Source of the DNA: Bacteroidota bacterium
GTDB taxonomy: Bacteria > Bacteroidota > Bacteroidia > Flavobacteriales > Flavobacteriaceae
Assembly: GCA_031384845.1 (NCBI GenBank)
Contig: JANNBA010000038.1
Span: 1,376-65,375 of the forward strand
DNA: 64,000 nt
Reading direction: 5' to 3'
Shown here: positions 49,059 to 58,500 of the stretch, in pieces
How the letters are laid out: each line of letters opens with the position of its first letter
How positions within the stretch are numbered: the first letter of the stretch is position 1
Notes under the pieces: model-generated
Database searches by the model: none
The model's input: the letters and a program-made list of their open reading frames with translations, nothing else
Told to the model about the DNA's origin: nothing
Position numbers and translations under genes: made by a program

Positions 49059-50090
49059 ATGAGAAAACATTTTTTAACACTCGTTTTTATAGCTTCGGCC
49101 TCGATTGCAGCAATTGCTCAAGGCGGAAAGGGAATTAGAATTGGATATATCGACATGGAATACATTTTGCAAAGCGTGCCAGAATATGCGGAAGCAAATA
49201 ACCAATTAGAACAAAAAGCCCAAAAATGGAATCAAGAAATTGAAGCCAAAAAAAATGAAATAACAAAATTGAGAAATGCGCTCAACACCGAAAAAGTGCT
49301 TTTGACCAAGGAGCTCATCGCCGAAAGAGAAGAAGCAATTACTTATATCGAAACAGAAATAGCCGAATACCAACAAAAAAGATTTGGACCCGCAGGAGAT
49401 TTGATTACCCAAAAAGCAACTCTTGTAAAACCCATTCAAGATCAAGTGTTTAATGCCGTTCAGGATTTGGCGGAAGCCAAAAAATATGATTTTATATTTG
49501 ACAAATCTTCCGACTTGACAATGCTATTTGCAGCCAAAAAATTTGACATCAGCGATCAAGTTATCAAAACCATAGGTCGCGCTTCAAAACGAGATCAAAT
49601 GACCAAAAAACAACTCAAAGAAGAAGCCGCAAAAGATGCCAAAGAAACCGCAGACGAATTAAATCCAGAATTGGCCGAAAAAAAACAAGCACAAGCCGCC
49701 AAACAAGCAGAAAAACAAGCCGCCCGCGAAAAACAAATTGAAGACAAAAAATTGGCAGCCGAAGCCCGAAAAGCCGATGCCGCACAAAAAAGACAAGAAT
49801 TAATAGACCAAAAGACAGCTGCAAAAAATGGCACAACACCAACCACAGCTGATACAAAAGACACCAAAGACACCTCTGCAGATGATGCACGAGCCAAAGC
49901 CGCCGAAGACCGAAAAGCAGCAATAGCCCAAAAAATTGCAGATCGAGAAGCCGCACAACTAGCCGCTGCCGAAGAAAGAGCCAAAAAATTAGAAGAACGA
50001 AAAAAAGCATTAGAAGAAAAAAAAGCAAAAATATTGGCAGACCGTGAAGCCGCCAAAAAAGAGAAAGAAGCCAAAACAAAAACAAATTAA
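49059..50090 (+). CDS. OmpH/Skp family periplasmic chaperone with a ~170-aa A/K/E-rich C-terminal tail
   Basis: Signal peptide, an OmpH core (residues ~25-170), then low-complexity AAKQAEKQAAREKQ...KKALEEKKAK. Confidence 0.8.
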   Translation: MRKHFLTLVFIASASIAAIAQGGKGIRIGYIDMEYILQSVPEYAEANNQLEQKAQKWNQEIEAKKNEITKLRNALNTEKVLLTKELIAEREEAITYIETEIAEYQQKRFGPAGDLITQKATLVKPIQDQVFNAVQDLAEAKKYDFIFDKSSDLTMLFAAKKFDISDQVIKTIGRASKRDQMTKKQLKEEAAKDAKETADELNPELAEKKQAQAAKQAEKQAAREKQIEDKKLAAEARKADAAQKRQELIDQKTAAKNGTTPTTADTKDTKDTSADDARAKAAEDRKAAIAQKIADREAAQLAAAEERAKKLEERKKALEEKKAKILADREAAKKEKEAKTKTN

Positions 50091-50134
50091 ACAACAATTA
50101 AAATTAACCCCCTAATTACTTAAATTTAAACACA

Positions 50135-50638
50135 ATGATGAAAAATTTGAAAACTTTACTTATCGCAACAGTATTATTCTTAGGCGCAAACCAAGTAGCA
50201 AACGCACAAGCAAAAACCGCACACGTTGACGTAAGCGAAATTATGACAAAATTTCCAGCCATGCTCGAAGCTCAAAAACAATTAGAAAAATTGAGCCAAA
50301 CCTACCAAGCCGAATACAAAACAATGGGCGAAGAATACCAAGCAAAAGTCAAAAAATACGAAGCAGAAGCCACTACTGTAACAGACAAAATTAATCAAGA
50401 ACGTCAAAAAGAAGTGCAAGACATGGAAAAAAGCATTCAAGACTTTGGACAAACAGCCCAAAAAGAATTGCAAACCAAAGAAACAGATTTGATGAAACCA
50501 ATCGAAGAAAAAGTAAAAACGGCCATTCAAAAAGTAGGAAAAGCAAAAGGATACCAATATGTATTAAACGGTGCAGGATTGCTGCTCGCAGACGGGCCAA
50601 ACCTTACTGCCGACATTAAAAAAGAATTAGGTTTCTAA
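50135..50638 (+). CDS. OmpH/Skp family periplasmic chaperone
   Basis: 167 aa with a signal peptide and a coiled-coil OmpH domain. Confidence 0.85.
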   Translation: MMKNLKTLLIATVLFLGANQVANAQAKTAHVDVSEIMTKFPAMLEAQKQLEKLSQTYQAEYKTMGEEYQAKVKKYEAEATTVTDKINQERQKEVQDMEKSIQDFGQTAQKELQTKETDLMKPIEEKVKTAIQKVGKAKGYQYVLNGAGLLLADGPNLTADIKKELGF

Positions 50639-50663
50639 TACAAAACCACCAATTACCAAAAAA

Positions 50664-50699
50664 CTGCTCATCCCATTTCGGATAGAGCAGTTTTTTTTT
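50664..50699 (+). terminator. Rho-independent terminator after the ompH pair
   Basis: ctgctcatcc-catttc-ggatagagcag followed by T9. Confidence 0.75.
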
Positions 50700-50706
50700 A
50701 TATTTG
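50699..50706 (+). promoter_or_regulatory. Candidate -7 box (TATATTTG) only 5 nt from the murI ATG
   Basis: TAnnTTTG overlaps the end of the terminator T run. This implies a leaderless or near-leaderless murI mRNA if the box is used. Confidence 0.3.
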
Positions 50707-50710
50707 TATC

Positions 50711-51487
50711 ATGAACCAAAACCCCATCGGACTATTCGACTCAGGCATCGGCGGCACCTCCATCTGGACCGCCATCAACCTACTCATGCCCCACGAAAAC
50801 ACCATTTATCTCGCAGACAGCCAAAACGCACCCTACGGACAAAAAACCAAAAGCCAAATCATAGCACTCTCTATCAAAAACACCCAAAAACTCCTTGACC
50901 TCAATGCCAAAATAATCGTAGTTGCCTGCAATACCGCCACCACAAACGCCATCACAACACTCCGTCAAAAATTCAAAATCCCATTCATCGGCATAGAACC
51001 CGCCATAAAACCCGCCGCAAACCAATCAAAAACACAAACAATAGGAATACTCGCCACCCAAGGCACCCTGAGCAGCGAACTCTTTAACAAATCTGTCGAA
51101 ATGCTCCAAGACACCAAAATTATAGAGCAAATAGGCCACGGCATCGTCGAACTTATCGAAAACGGAAACCTCAACTCGCCACTCATGACACAACTCTTGC
51201 AAACCTATCTGCAACCCATGATCGACCAAAACATCGATTATCTCGTGCTCGGCTGCAGCCACTACCCCTATCTGATACCACAAATACAAAAAATTATCCC
51301 CAAAAACATACAAATAATAGACTCCGGAAACGCCGTTGCCAAACAAACCCAAAACATTCTCAAACAACACAAAACACTTAATGCCAGTAGTTTAACCCCA
51401 AAACACCAATTTTTTTCAAACGCAAACCCAAACCCACTCACCCAAATACTCCAAAACAAATACCCAGTCACCTACCAAGATTTTTAA
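50711..51487 (+). CDS. murI: Glutamate racemase
   Basis: Contains IGLFDSGIGGTS, VVACNTAT and LGCSHYP. Confidence 0.9.
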   Translation: MNQNPIGLFDSGIGGTSIWTAINLLMPHENTIYLADSQNAPYGQKTKSQIIALSIKNTQKLLDLNAKIIVVACNTATTNAITTLRQKFKIPFIGIEPAIKPAANQSKTQTIGILATQGTLSSELFNKSVEMLQDTKIIEQIGHGIVELIENGNLNSPLMTQLLQTYLQPMIDQNIDYLVLGCSHYPYLIPQIQKIIPKNIQIIDSGNAVAKQTQNILKQHKTLNASSLTPKHQFFSNANPNPLTQILQNKYPVTYQDF

Positions 51488-51490
51488 TTT

Positions 51491-51579
51491 GGCGGGTGGC
51501 CGGGCTATCCGCTATATCTTTTTATTTTTTTTCTGAAAAAGAAAAAAAAATAAAAAGGATGCCGCTGCTATCCCTACCC
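51491..51579 (+). repeat. Family-1 palindromic intergenic repeat, copy E (short variant)
   Basis: Reads ggcgggtggccgggctatccgctatatc-[hairpin]-gatgccgctgctatccctaccc. It begins 4 nt after the murI stop and lacks the cacaccaccc subrepeats. Confidence 0.8.
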
Positions 51580-51672
51580 GAATCTCCGTAGCACAACAAC
51601 TGACGTTTTTTTCCAATTCCAATCAAGATTAAGGAAATTTTAAAATAGTACCTTTACCAAAAAATAAAACAA

Positions 51673-52950
51673 ATGCCCCATAAAAACACCCTACAATACG
51701 CACAAGAGTTAGACCATCAAGACCCACTCGCACACCTGCGAGACCAATTTTATTTTCCACAACACAACCACAAAAATACCCTATACTTCACCGGAAACTC
51801 CCTTGGGCTACAACCCAAACAAACCCAACACTACATCAACGAAGTCATGGCAGATTGGGCCAATATGGCCGTCGAAGCACACTTCAAAGCCCAAAAACCA
51901 TGGTGGGATTATCACGAAAGATTGGCCACACCATTAGCCAAAATAGTAGGTGCACTACCCCTAGAAATCACCGTCATGAACACCCTAACCGTCAACCTAC
52001 ACCTGATGATGGTTTCCTTTTATCAACCCACCAAAAAACGATACAAAATAATCTGTGAAGAAAAAGCCTTCCCATCAGACCAATACCTGCTGCAAAGCCA
52101 AACCCAATTTCACAATCTCGACCCAAACCAAGCCATCATACCCATCAAACCACGTCCAGGCGAGCACAACATTCACCAACAAGACATCATAGACGCCATC
52201 AACCAAGCAGGCGATACACTAGCATTAGTGCTCATTGGCGGCGTAAACTACTATACCGGACAAGTATTTGACATACAAACCATCACACAAGCCGCACAAG
52301 CACAAGGCGCAAAGGTAGGCTGGGATCTTGCCCACGCCGCCGGAAACATCAACCTACAACTACACGATTGGAATGTAGATTTTGCCTGCTGGTGCAGCTA
52401 CAAATACATGAACTCTGGCCCCGGAAACGCCGCCGGCTGCTTCATACATCAAAAACACCACAACAACCCAAACCTACCAAGATTTGCCGGTTGGTGGGGG
52501 CACAACAAGCAAGACCGATTCAAAATGGCACCAACATTTGACCCCATACAAAGCGCAGATGGATGGCAAATAAGCAACCTGCCCATACTCACACTAGCAC
52601 CATACCTATCCTCACTCCAAATTTTTGACCAAGTAGGAATGACAGCACTCATCAAAAAACGAAACCAACTCACATCCTATTTGCTACACATATTACAACA
52701 AATAGCCACCCAAACCAACAGCAACTTTGAAGTAATAACACCAGAAGACCCAACCCAACGAGCAAGTCAAATATCCGTACTCTTGCACGGCAAAGGAAGA
52801 TACATCTTTGACCACCTCATCCAAAACGGCGTCATCGTAGATTGGCGCGAACCAAACGTTATCCGGCTCGCACCCGTGCCGCTATACAACTCTTTTACAG
52901 ACATCTACCAATTTGGACAAATTCTAAAACAAGGAATCCTAAACCATTAA
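51673..52950 (+). CDS. kynU: Kynureninase
   Basis: 425 aa with a PLP fold. Contains YFTGNSLGLQPK, CWCSYKYMNSGPG (PLP Lys) and FAGWWGH. Confidence 0.88.
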   Translation: MPHKNTLQYAQELDHQDPLAHLRDQFYFPQHNHKNTLYFTGNSLGLQPKQTQHYINEVMADWANMAVEAHFKAQKPWWDYHERLATPLAKIVGALPLEITVMNTLTVNLHLMMVSFYQPTKKRYKIICEEKAFPSDQYLLQSQTQFHNLDPNQAIIPIKPRPGEHNIHQQDIIDAINQAGDTLALVLIGGVNYYTGQVFDIQTITQAAQAQGAKVGWDLAHAAGNINLQLHDWNVDFACWCSYKYMNSGPGNAAGCFIHQKHHNNPNLPRFAGWWGHNKQDRFKMAPTFDPIQSADGWQISNLPILTLAPYLSSLQIFDQVGMTALIKKRNQLTSYLLHILQQIATQTNSNFEVITPEDPTQRASQISVLLHGKGRYIFDHLIQNGVIVDWREPNVIRLAPVPLYNSFTDIYQFGQILKQGILNH

Positions 52951-52960
52951 AAACAACAAC

Positions 52961-54043
52961 ATGACCAAACAACAAATAATAGACACCTTCGATCCAAGCC
53001 AACCAGGGCAAGCAGACCAAAGCCTATTTGGACTACCATTCACCGCAGACCAATCACAAATTATCATCATACCAGTCCCGTGGGAAGTCACTGTTAGCTA
53101 CGGATCAGGAGCCTCAAAAGGGCCTAAAGCCATACTAAACGCATCAAGCCAAGTGGATCTGCACCACCAAGAATACCCCGAACTCTGGAAACTCGGAATC
53201 CATTTGGACAACAGCACACATACCAAAAACTGGAAAAAAGAATCCAAAAAACTCAAAAAATTAGCACAACCCATCATACAAGCACTCGAAAACGGACACG
53301 ATATCAACCAAGACAAAACCCTACAAGCCAACCAACAAACCATCAACAATGCCTGCCAAAAACTAAACCAACAAGTCTGTGAACAAACCCAAAAATGGCT
53401 CCAAAAAAACAAATTAGTAGCCCTACTCGGTGGCGACCATTCCACACCATTAGGCTATTACCAAGCATTAGCCATACAACACGACAACTTTGGCATCCTA
53501 CACCTCGACGCCCACATGGACTTGCGCATCGCCTACGAAGGCTTTACCTACTCACACGCATCAGTGATGTATAACGCATTACAAATCAATCAAATAACAA
53601 AAATAGTACAAGTCGGAATCCGTGATTTTTGTCAACAAGAAGCCCATACCGCACAAACAAACCGCATCATCGTTCACACAGATACCGATCAAAAAGCCGC
53701 CCAATACACCGGCACAACATGGGCACAACAATGCGACAACATCATCGCACAACTACCCCAAAAAGTCGAAGTCAGCTTTGACATCGACGCCCTACAAAGC
53801 TGGTATTGCCCAAACACCGGCACACCCGTACCCGGCGGAATCGCATTTGAGCAAGCCACCTATCTGTTGAGCAAATTAGCCAACAGCAACAAACAAATCA
53901 TCGGCTTCGATCTGGTCGAAGTAGCCCCCGGACAAGACGATTGGGACGGCAACGTAGGCGCACGCCTGCTCTATCACCTCTGCGGAATGCTCGCCAAAAA
54001 CAACAAATACGAAGTAGGACAAAAAATAACCTTCAACCCCTAA
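52961..54043 (+). CDS. Arginase/formimidoylglutamase/agmatinase-fold metallohydrolase
   Basis: Mn-binding motifs GGDHSTPLG, LHLDAHMDLR and SFDIDAL. The substrate is not inferable from sequence. Confidence 0.75.
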   Translation: MTKQQIIDTFDPSQPGQADQSLFGLPFTADQSQIIIIPVPWEVTVSYGSGASKGPKAILNASSQVDLHHQEYPELWKLGIHLDNSTHTKNWKKESKKLKKLAQPIIQALENGHDINQDKTLQANQQTINNACQKLNQQVCEQTQKWLQKNKLVALLGGDHSTPLGYYQALAIQHDNFGILHLDAHMDLRIAYEGFTYSHASVMYNALQINQITKIVQVGIRDFCQQEAHTAQTNRIIVHTDTDQKAAQYTGTTWAQQCDNIIAQLPQKVEVSFDIDALQSWYCPNTGTPVPGGIAFEQATYLLSKLANSNKQIIGFDLVEVAPGQDDWDGNVGARLLYHLCGMLAKNNKYEVGQKITFNP

Positions 54044-54100
54044 CCACAAGACCAAGCTCAAAAAATAACAATATTTTGTAAGGTTGTTGTTTTTATTACT

Positions 54101-54108
54101 TATTTTTG
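54101..54108 (+). promoter_or_regulatory. Candidate -7 box (TATTTTTG) for kmo
   Basis: TAnnTTTG lies 19 nt upstream of the ATG at 54127, with TTTG at 54075-54078 as a possible -33. Confidence 0.4.
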
Positions 54109-54126
54109 GGGTTTTAAATTATTTTG

Positions 54127-55467
54127 ATGCAAATTCCTCTTAAAATTGCGGTGGTTGGTTCAGGTTTAGTAGGTTCGTTATTGGCTATTTATTTAAAGCG
54201 TGCCGGTCATGAAGTGCACGTTTTTGACAGAAGTACCGATATTAGAAAAATTAATTTTTCTGGACGTTCTATTAATTTGGCAGTTTCAAACCGTGGCTGG
54301 AAAGCACTCGATGCTGCAGGTGTAGGCGACCATGTGCGCGAAATTGCGATTGCAATGGATAAGCGAGCGATTCATTTGGTTGATAAACTTCAATTTCAAC
54401 AATATGGTAATAATGGTGAAAATATTTATTCTGTTTCGCGTGGCGTATTGAACAGAAAAATGATCGATTTGGCCGAAAGTGCTGGTGTAGTTTTTAAGTT
54501 TGAGCAAAAAATTTGGGATGTTTCACTCACAGATGCAACTTTGCAAATAGGTGATAGCGAGCGTGGTGCATGGACAGCGCATCAATACGATATGGTTTTT
54601 GGGGCAGATGGTGCATTTTCGCGCATTCGGCATCGGATGCAACGTCAAAGTATGTTCAACTATTCGCAGGAGTTTTTAAATACAGGATATAAAGAATTGC
54701 ATATTCCTGCAAATGCTGATGGCAGCTATAAATTAGATAAAAATTCGCTTCATATCTGGCCTAGAGGTGCGTATATGCTAATTGCTTTACCCAATCTTGA
54801 TGGTAGTTTTACCTGTACCCTTTTTATGCCTTTTCAGGGCGAAAACTCTTTTGATTCATTGAAATCGCCAATGGAGGTCGCCGCTTTTTTTGAAAAAAAC
54901 CTGCCCGATACAATAGACGTAATTCCGGATTTGACCGAAGATTTTTTTAAAAACCCTACAAGTACCTTGGTTACAATGAAGTGTTTTCCGTGGACTTTTG
55001 AAAACAAATTGGCTTTGATTGGTGATGCTTGTCATGCGATTGTGCCTTTTTATGGTCAGGGTATGAATGCTGGTTTTGAAGACATTACAATTTTGAACGA
55101 GCTAATGCAGCAATATGGCGACGATTGGAACCGCATTTTTGCCGAATATCAAAATGAGCGCAAACCGAATGCAGATGCAATTGCAGAGCTTTCGTACAGA
55201 AATTTTGTGGAGATGAGTACAAAAACGGCAGACCCAGCTTTTTTGTTGCAAAAAAAGATTGAAAAACATTTTGCAGATAAGTTTCCCGACAAATGGGCCC
55301 CACTTTATAGTAGGGTAACTTTTAGCCACCGACCTTATACAGAGGCATTGGCTATCGGTGATTTTCAGGATAGTATCATGAAAGAAATTTTAAAAATTGA
55401 TAATATTGAAGCAATTTGGGATAGTGTTTTGGTCGAAAACGAGATGCTTAGGCTTTTAGAGGGTTGA
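54127..55467 (+). CDS. kmo: Kynurenine 3-monooxygenase (FAD-dependent)
   Basis: Contains IAVVGSGLVGSLLAIYLKRAGHEVHVFDR, GADGAFSRIR and LIGDACHAIVPFYGQGMN. Confidence 0.85.
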   Translation: MQIPLKIAVVGSGLVGSLLAIYLKRAGHEVHVFDRSTDIRKINFSGRSINLAVSNRGWKALDAAGVGDHVREIAIAMDKRAIHLVDKLQFQQYGNNGENIYSVSRGVLNRKMIDLAESAGVVFKFEQKIWDVSLTDATLQIGDSERGAWTAHQYDMVFGADGAFSRIRHRMQRQSMFNYSQEFLNTGYKELHIPANADGSYKLDKNSLHIWPRGAYMLIALPNLDGSFTCTLFMPFQGENSFDSLKSPMEVAAFFEKNLPDTIDVIPDLTEDFFKNPTSTLVTMKCFPWTFENKLALIGDACHAIVPFYGQGMNAGFEDITILNELMQQYGDDWNRIFAEYQNERKPNADAIAELSYRNFVEMSTKTADPAFLLQKKIEKHFADKFPDKWAPLYSRVTFSHRPYTEALAIGDFQDSIMKEILKIDNIEAIWDSVLVENEMLRLLEG

Positions 55468-55568
55468 TTTTGTTTGGTTTTTTCTGAAAAATGTGTTAAT
55501 ACGTATTGCTTTCTCCAAAAAAACATTTTCTTTGTGCAACAAAAATTTTAAATATAAAATTCTTACCA

Positions 55569-58500
55569 ATGACTACATTTAATTTTAATAAGTGGAATAC
55601 CATAACGGGCTGGGTGACATTTGCCGTAGCGCTGATCACTTTTTCGCTCACTGTAGAGCCAACCATGAGTTTTTGGGATTGTGGCGAATATATTGCTACG
55701 GCTGCCAAATTAGAAGTGGGCCACCCTCCTGGAGCTCCACTTTATCAAATGATGGGTGCCTTTTTTGCAATGTTTGCCATCGACGAAAAACATATTGCGC
55801 TAACAGTCAATATGATGTCTGTTTTTTCGAGTGCATTTGCAATTTTGTTTATGTTTTGGTCCACCTCAATAGTGCTCAAAAAAATAGTCGCATCGTTTTC
55901 TCAAATTGACAAAAACAACGCTATCGCCATTTTAGGCAGCTCGTTTGTTGGGGCTTTGGCTCTTACATTCTCAGATAGTTTTTGGTTTAATGCCGTCGAA
56001 GCCGAAGTATATGCGATGGCAACACTCCTGATAACATTGCTTTTGTGGCTAGGTTTGCGATGGGAGCAAGATATGAATACCGAACGTGGTGATAGATGGT
56101 TGCTACTAATTTCGTTAGTGATTGGACTTTCTTTTGGGGTACACTTTATGGCATTACTAACCATTCCGTCTATTGGATTTTTGTATTTTTTTAAAAATTA
56201 CAAAACCATTACTGTCAAAAATTTTATTATTGCCAATATTGTAGTCGTCTCGGTTTTGTTATTTATTTTCAAATTGTTGCTGCCATTAACGATGGCTTTG
56301 TTTGGAAAAAGCGAGGTTTTTATGGTCAACACCTTCAACCTCCCTTTTAATTCTGGAACAATTATTGTAGTTTTGGGTTTTATAGCCTTCTTTTATTTTG
56401 GTTTGAAACTTACAAAACAAAAAGGAATGGTGCATCTTAACACATTGATTTTGAGCATACTTTTTATTCTAGTAGGCTTTTCTACCTGGATGATGTTGCC
56501 CATTCGTGCCAACGCCAATACCGTCATAAACGAAAACAAACCAAGCGATGCCGCCGAAGTTTTGGCCTATTATAACCGCGAGCAATATGGTGTAAATCCG
56601 CTTTTTTATGGCCCACAATTTTCTGAAGATTATGTAGGTTTAGACTCCATAAACCCCTATTTGGACAAAGCACCAAACTATGAACGAGATTATAACACCG
56701 GGCAATACATCATTACAAACAATTATAAAAACGCAGAGCAGAATAGCGATGATAGCCAAAAAACCATTTTGCCAAGAATGTGGAGTACAGAGCATGCCGA
56801 AAACTATATGACCTTTTCAAAGCCATTAGAATTTTCGATCAATCCAGATTATTCCGAAGAAAAAGAACTACTTGCCGTGGTTTCAGAATTTAGAAAAGCA
56901 TTTGACGATGGCGAAATAGACCTTGAAGGCTACAACAAATTTTTGAAACAATACGGTGAATACCTCGTAATCAAAAAACCAACTACGGCAGACAACTTCA
57001 AATTTATGTTAGAATACCAATTTGGCTATATGTATTGGCGCTATCTCATGTGGAATTTTGTAGGACGACAAAACGATGTGCAAGGCAAATATGACAACCT
57101 AAACGGAAATTGGATAAGCGGCATCAACTTTATAGACGAAGCACGATTGGGCTCGCAAAGCCAATTGCCATCAGACGTATTGCAAAACAAAGGACGCAAT
57201 TTGTATTATTTCTTGCCGTTTTTGCTCGGAATACTCGGAATGATATATCATTTTAACAAAGATATCAAAAGTTTTTATGTGTTATTTGCCCTATTTATGT
57301 TCACAGGACTCGTGCTCAAAATATATCTCAACGAGCGGCCATTCGAACCCCGAGAGCGAGATTATGCACTCGTAGGCTCGTTTTATGTATTTGCGATGTG
57401 GATCGGATTTGGCGTATATGCCGCTTACGATTTACTCAAAAATTATATACAACCCAAACTCGCAGCACCCATCACCATTGGGCTGTGTCTATTGGCAGCA
57501 CCAATCTTGATGGCCTCCCAAAACTGGGACGACCACAACAGATCAAACAAATACACCGCCGTAGCCATGGCCAAAAACTATTTGTTATCATGCGAGCCAA
57601 ACGCTATCCTCTTTACCATTGGCGACAATGACACCTTTCCGCTGTGGTATGCACAAGAAGTCGAAAATATAAGAACCGATGTACGCATCGTAAACACAAG
57701 CCTGTTTATGACAGATTGGTACATCGACCAGATGAAAGCCAAAGTATACCAATCTGATCCAATGCCCATCTCATTCACACATGATCAATATGTAGGCGAC
57801 AAATTGGACTATGCCGTACACACCGGAAAAACCGAAAACCGCTGGGACATCAAAGACTTTATCAAATTTATCGCCACAGACGACGAGCGCACCCTGATTG
57901 ATATGGAAAATGGACAAAAAATTCACTTTTATCCCACCAACAAAATTAGAATACCCGTTGACAAAAACACCATCATAGCCAACAAAGTAGTAGATCCAAA
58001 ATACAACGACTCGATCGTACCCTATATAGATGTCGAAATAAAAGGACAAGCACTCTACAAAAACAGGCTTATGATGCTCGACATCATTGCCAACAACAAC
58101 TGGAAACGCCCCATCTATTTCAGCCCAGGCAGCTTTGGCGACGACGACTATCTCTGGATGAAAGACTACCTTCAATTAGACGGAATGGTGTACAAATTAG
58201 TACCCATAAAAACCCCAATACCACCAGACGGAAGCCCATTAGATATGGGACAAATCGACTCCGACAAAATGTACAACATCATCAACAGTTGGGATTGGGG
58301 CAACGGACAAAGCCCAAAAATATACCACGATCCAGAAACAAGACGCGAAAGCATCACCTATCGAACAAACATTGCAAGACTTGTAGAAAAACTCGTCAAC
58401 GAAGGCAAATTAGACAAAGCCAAAACAATGATCAACCTGGCAATGACCAAAATGCCACTCGATTTCTATGGCTATTACACCCTATTAGAACCCTTTGCAA

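Noticed and set aside
49595-50097. Two ~160-aa ORFs antisense to the low-complexity tail of ompH.
   Set aside because: These are mirror images of the GCN/AAR-rich repeat region (Ala/Ser/Phe/Leu runs), with no independent start or promoter signals. They are a classic low-complexity artefact.
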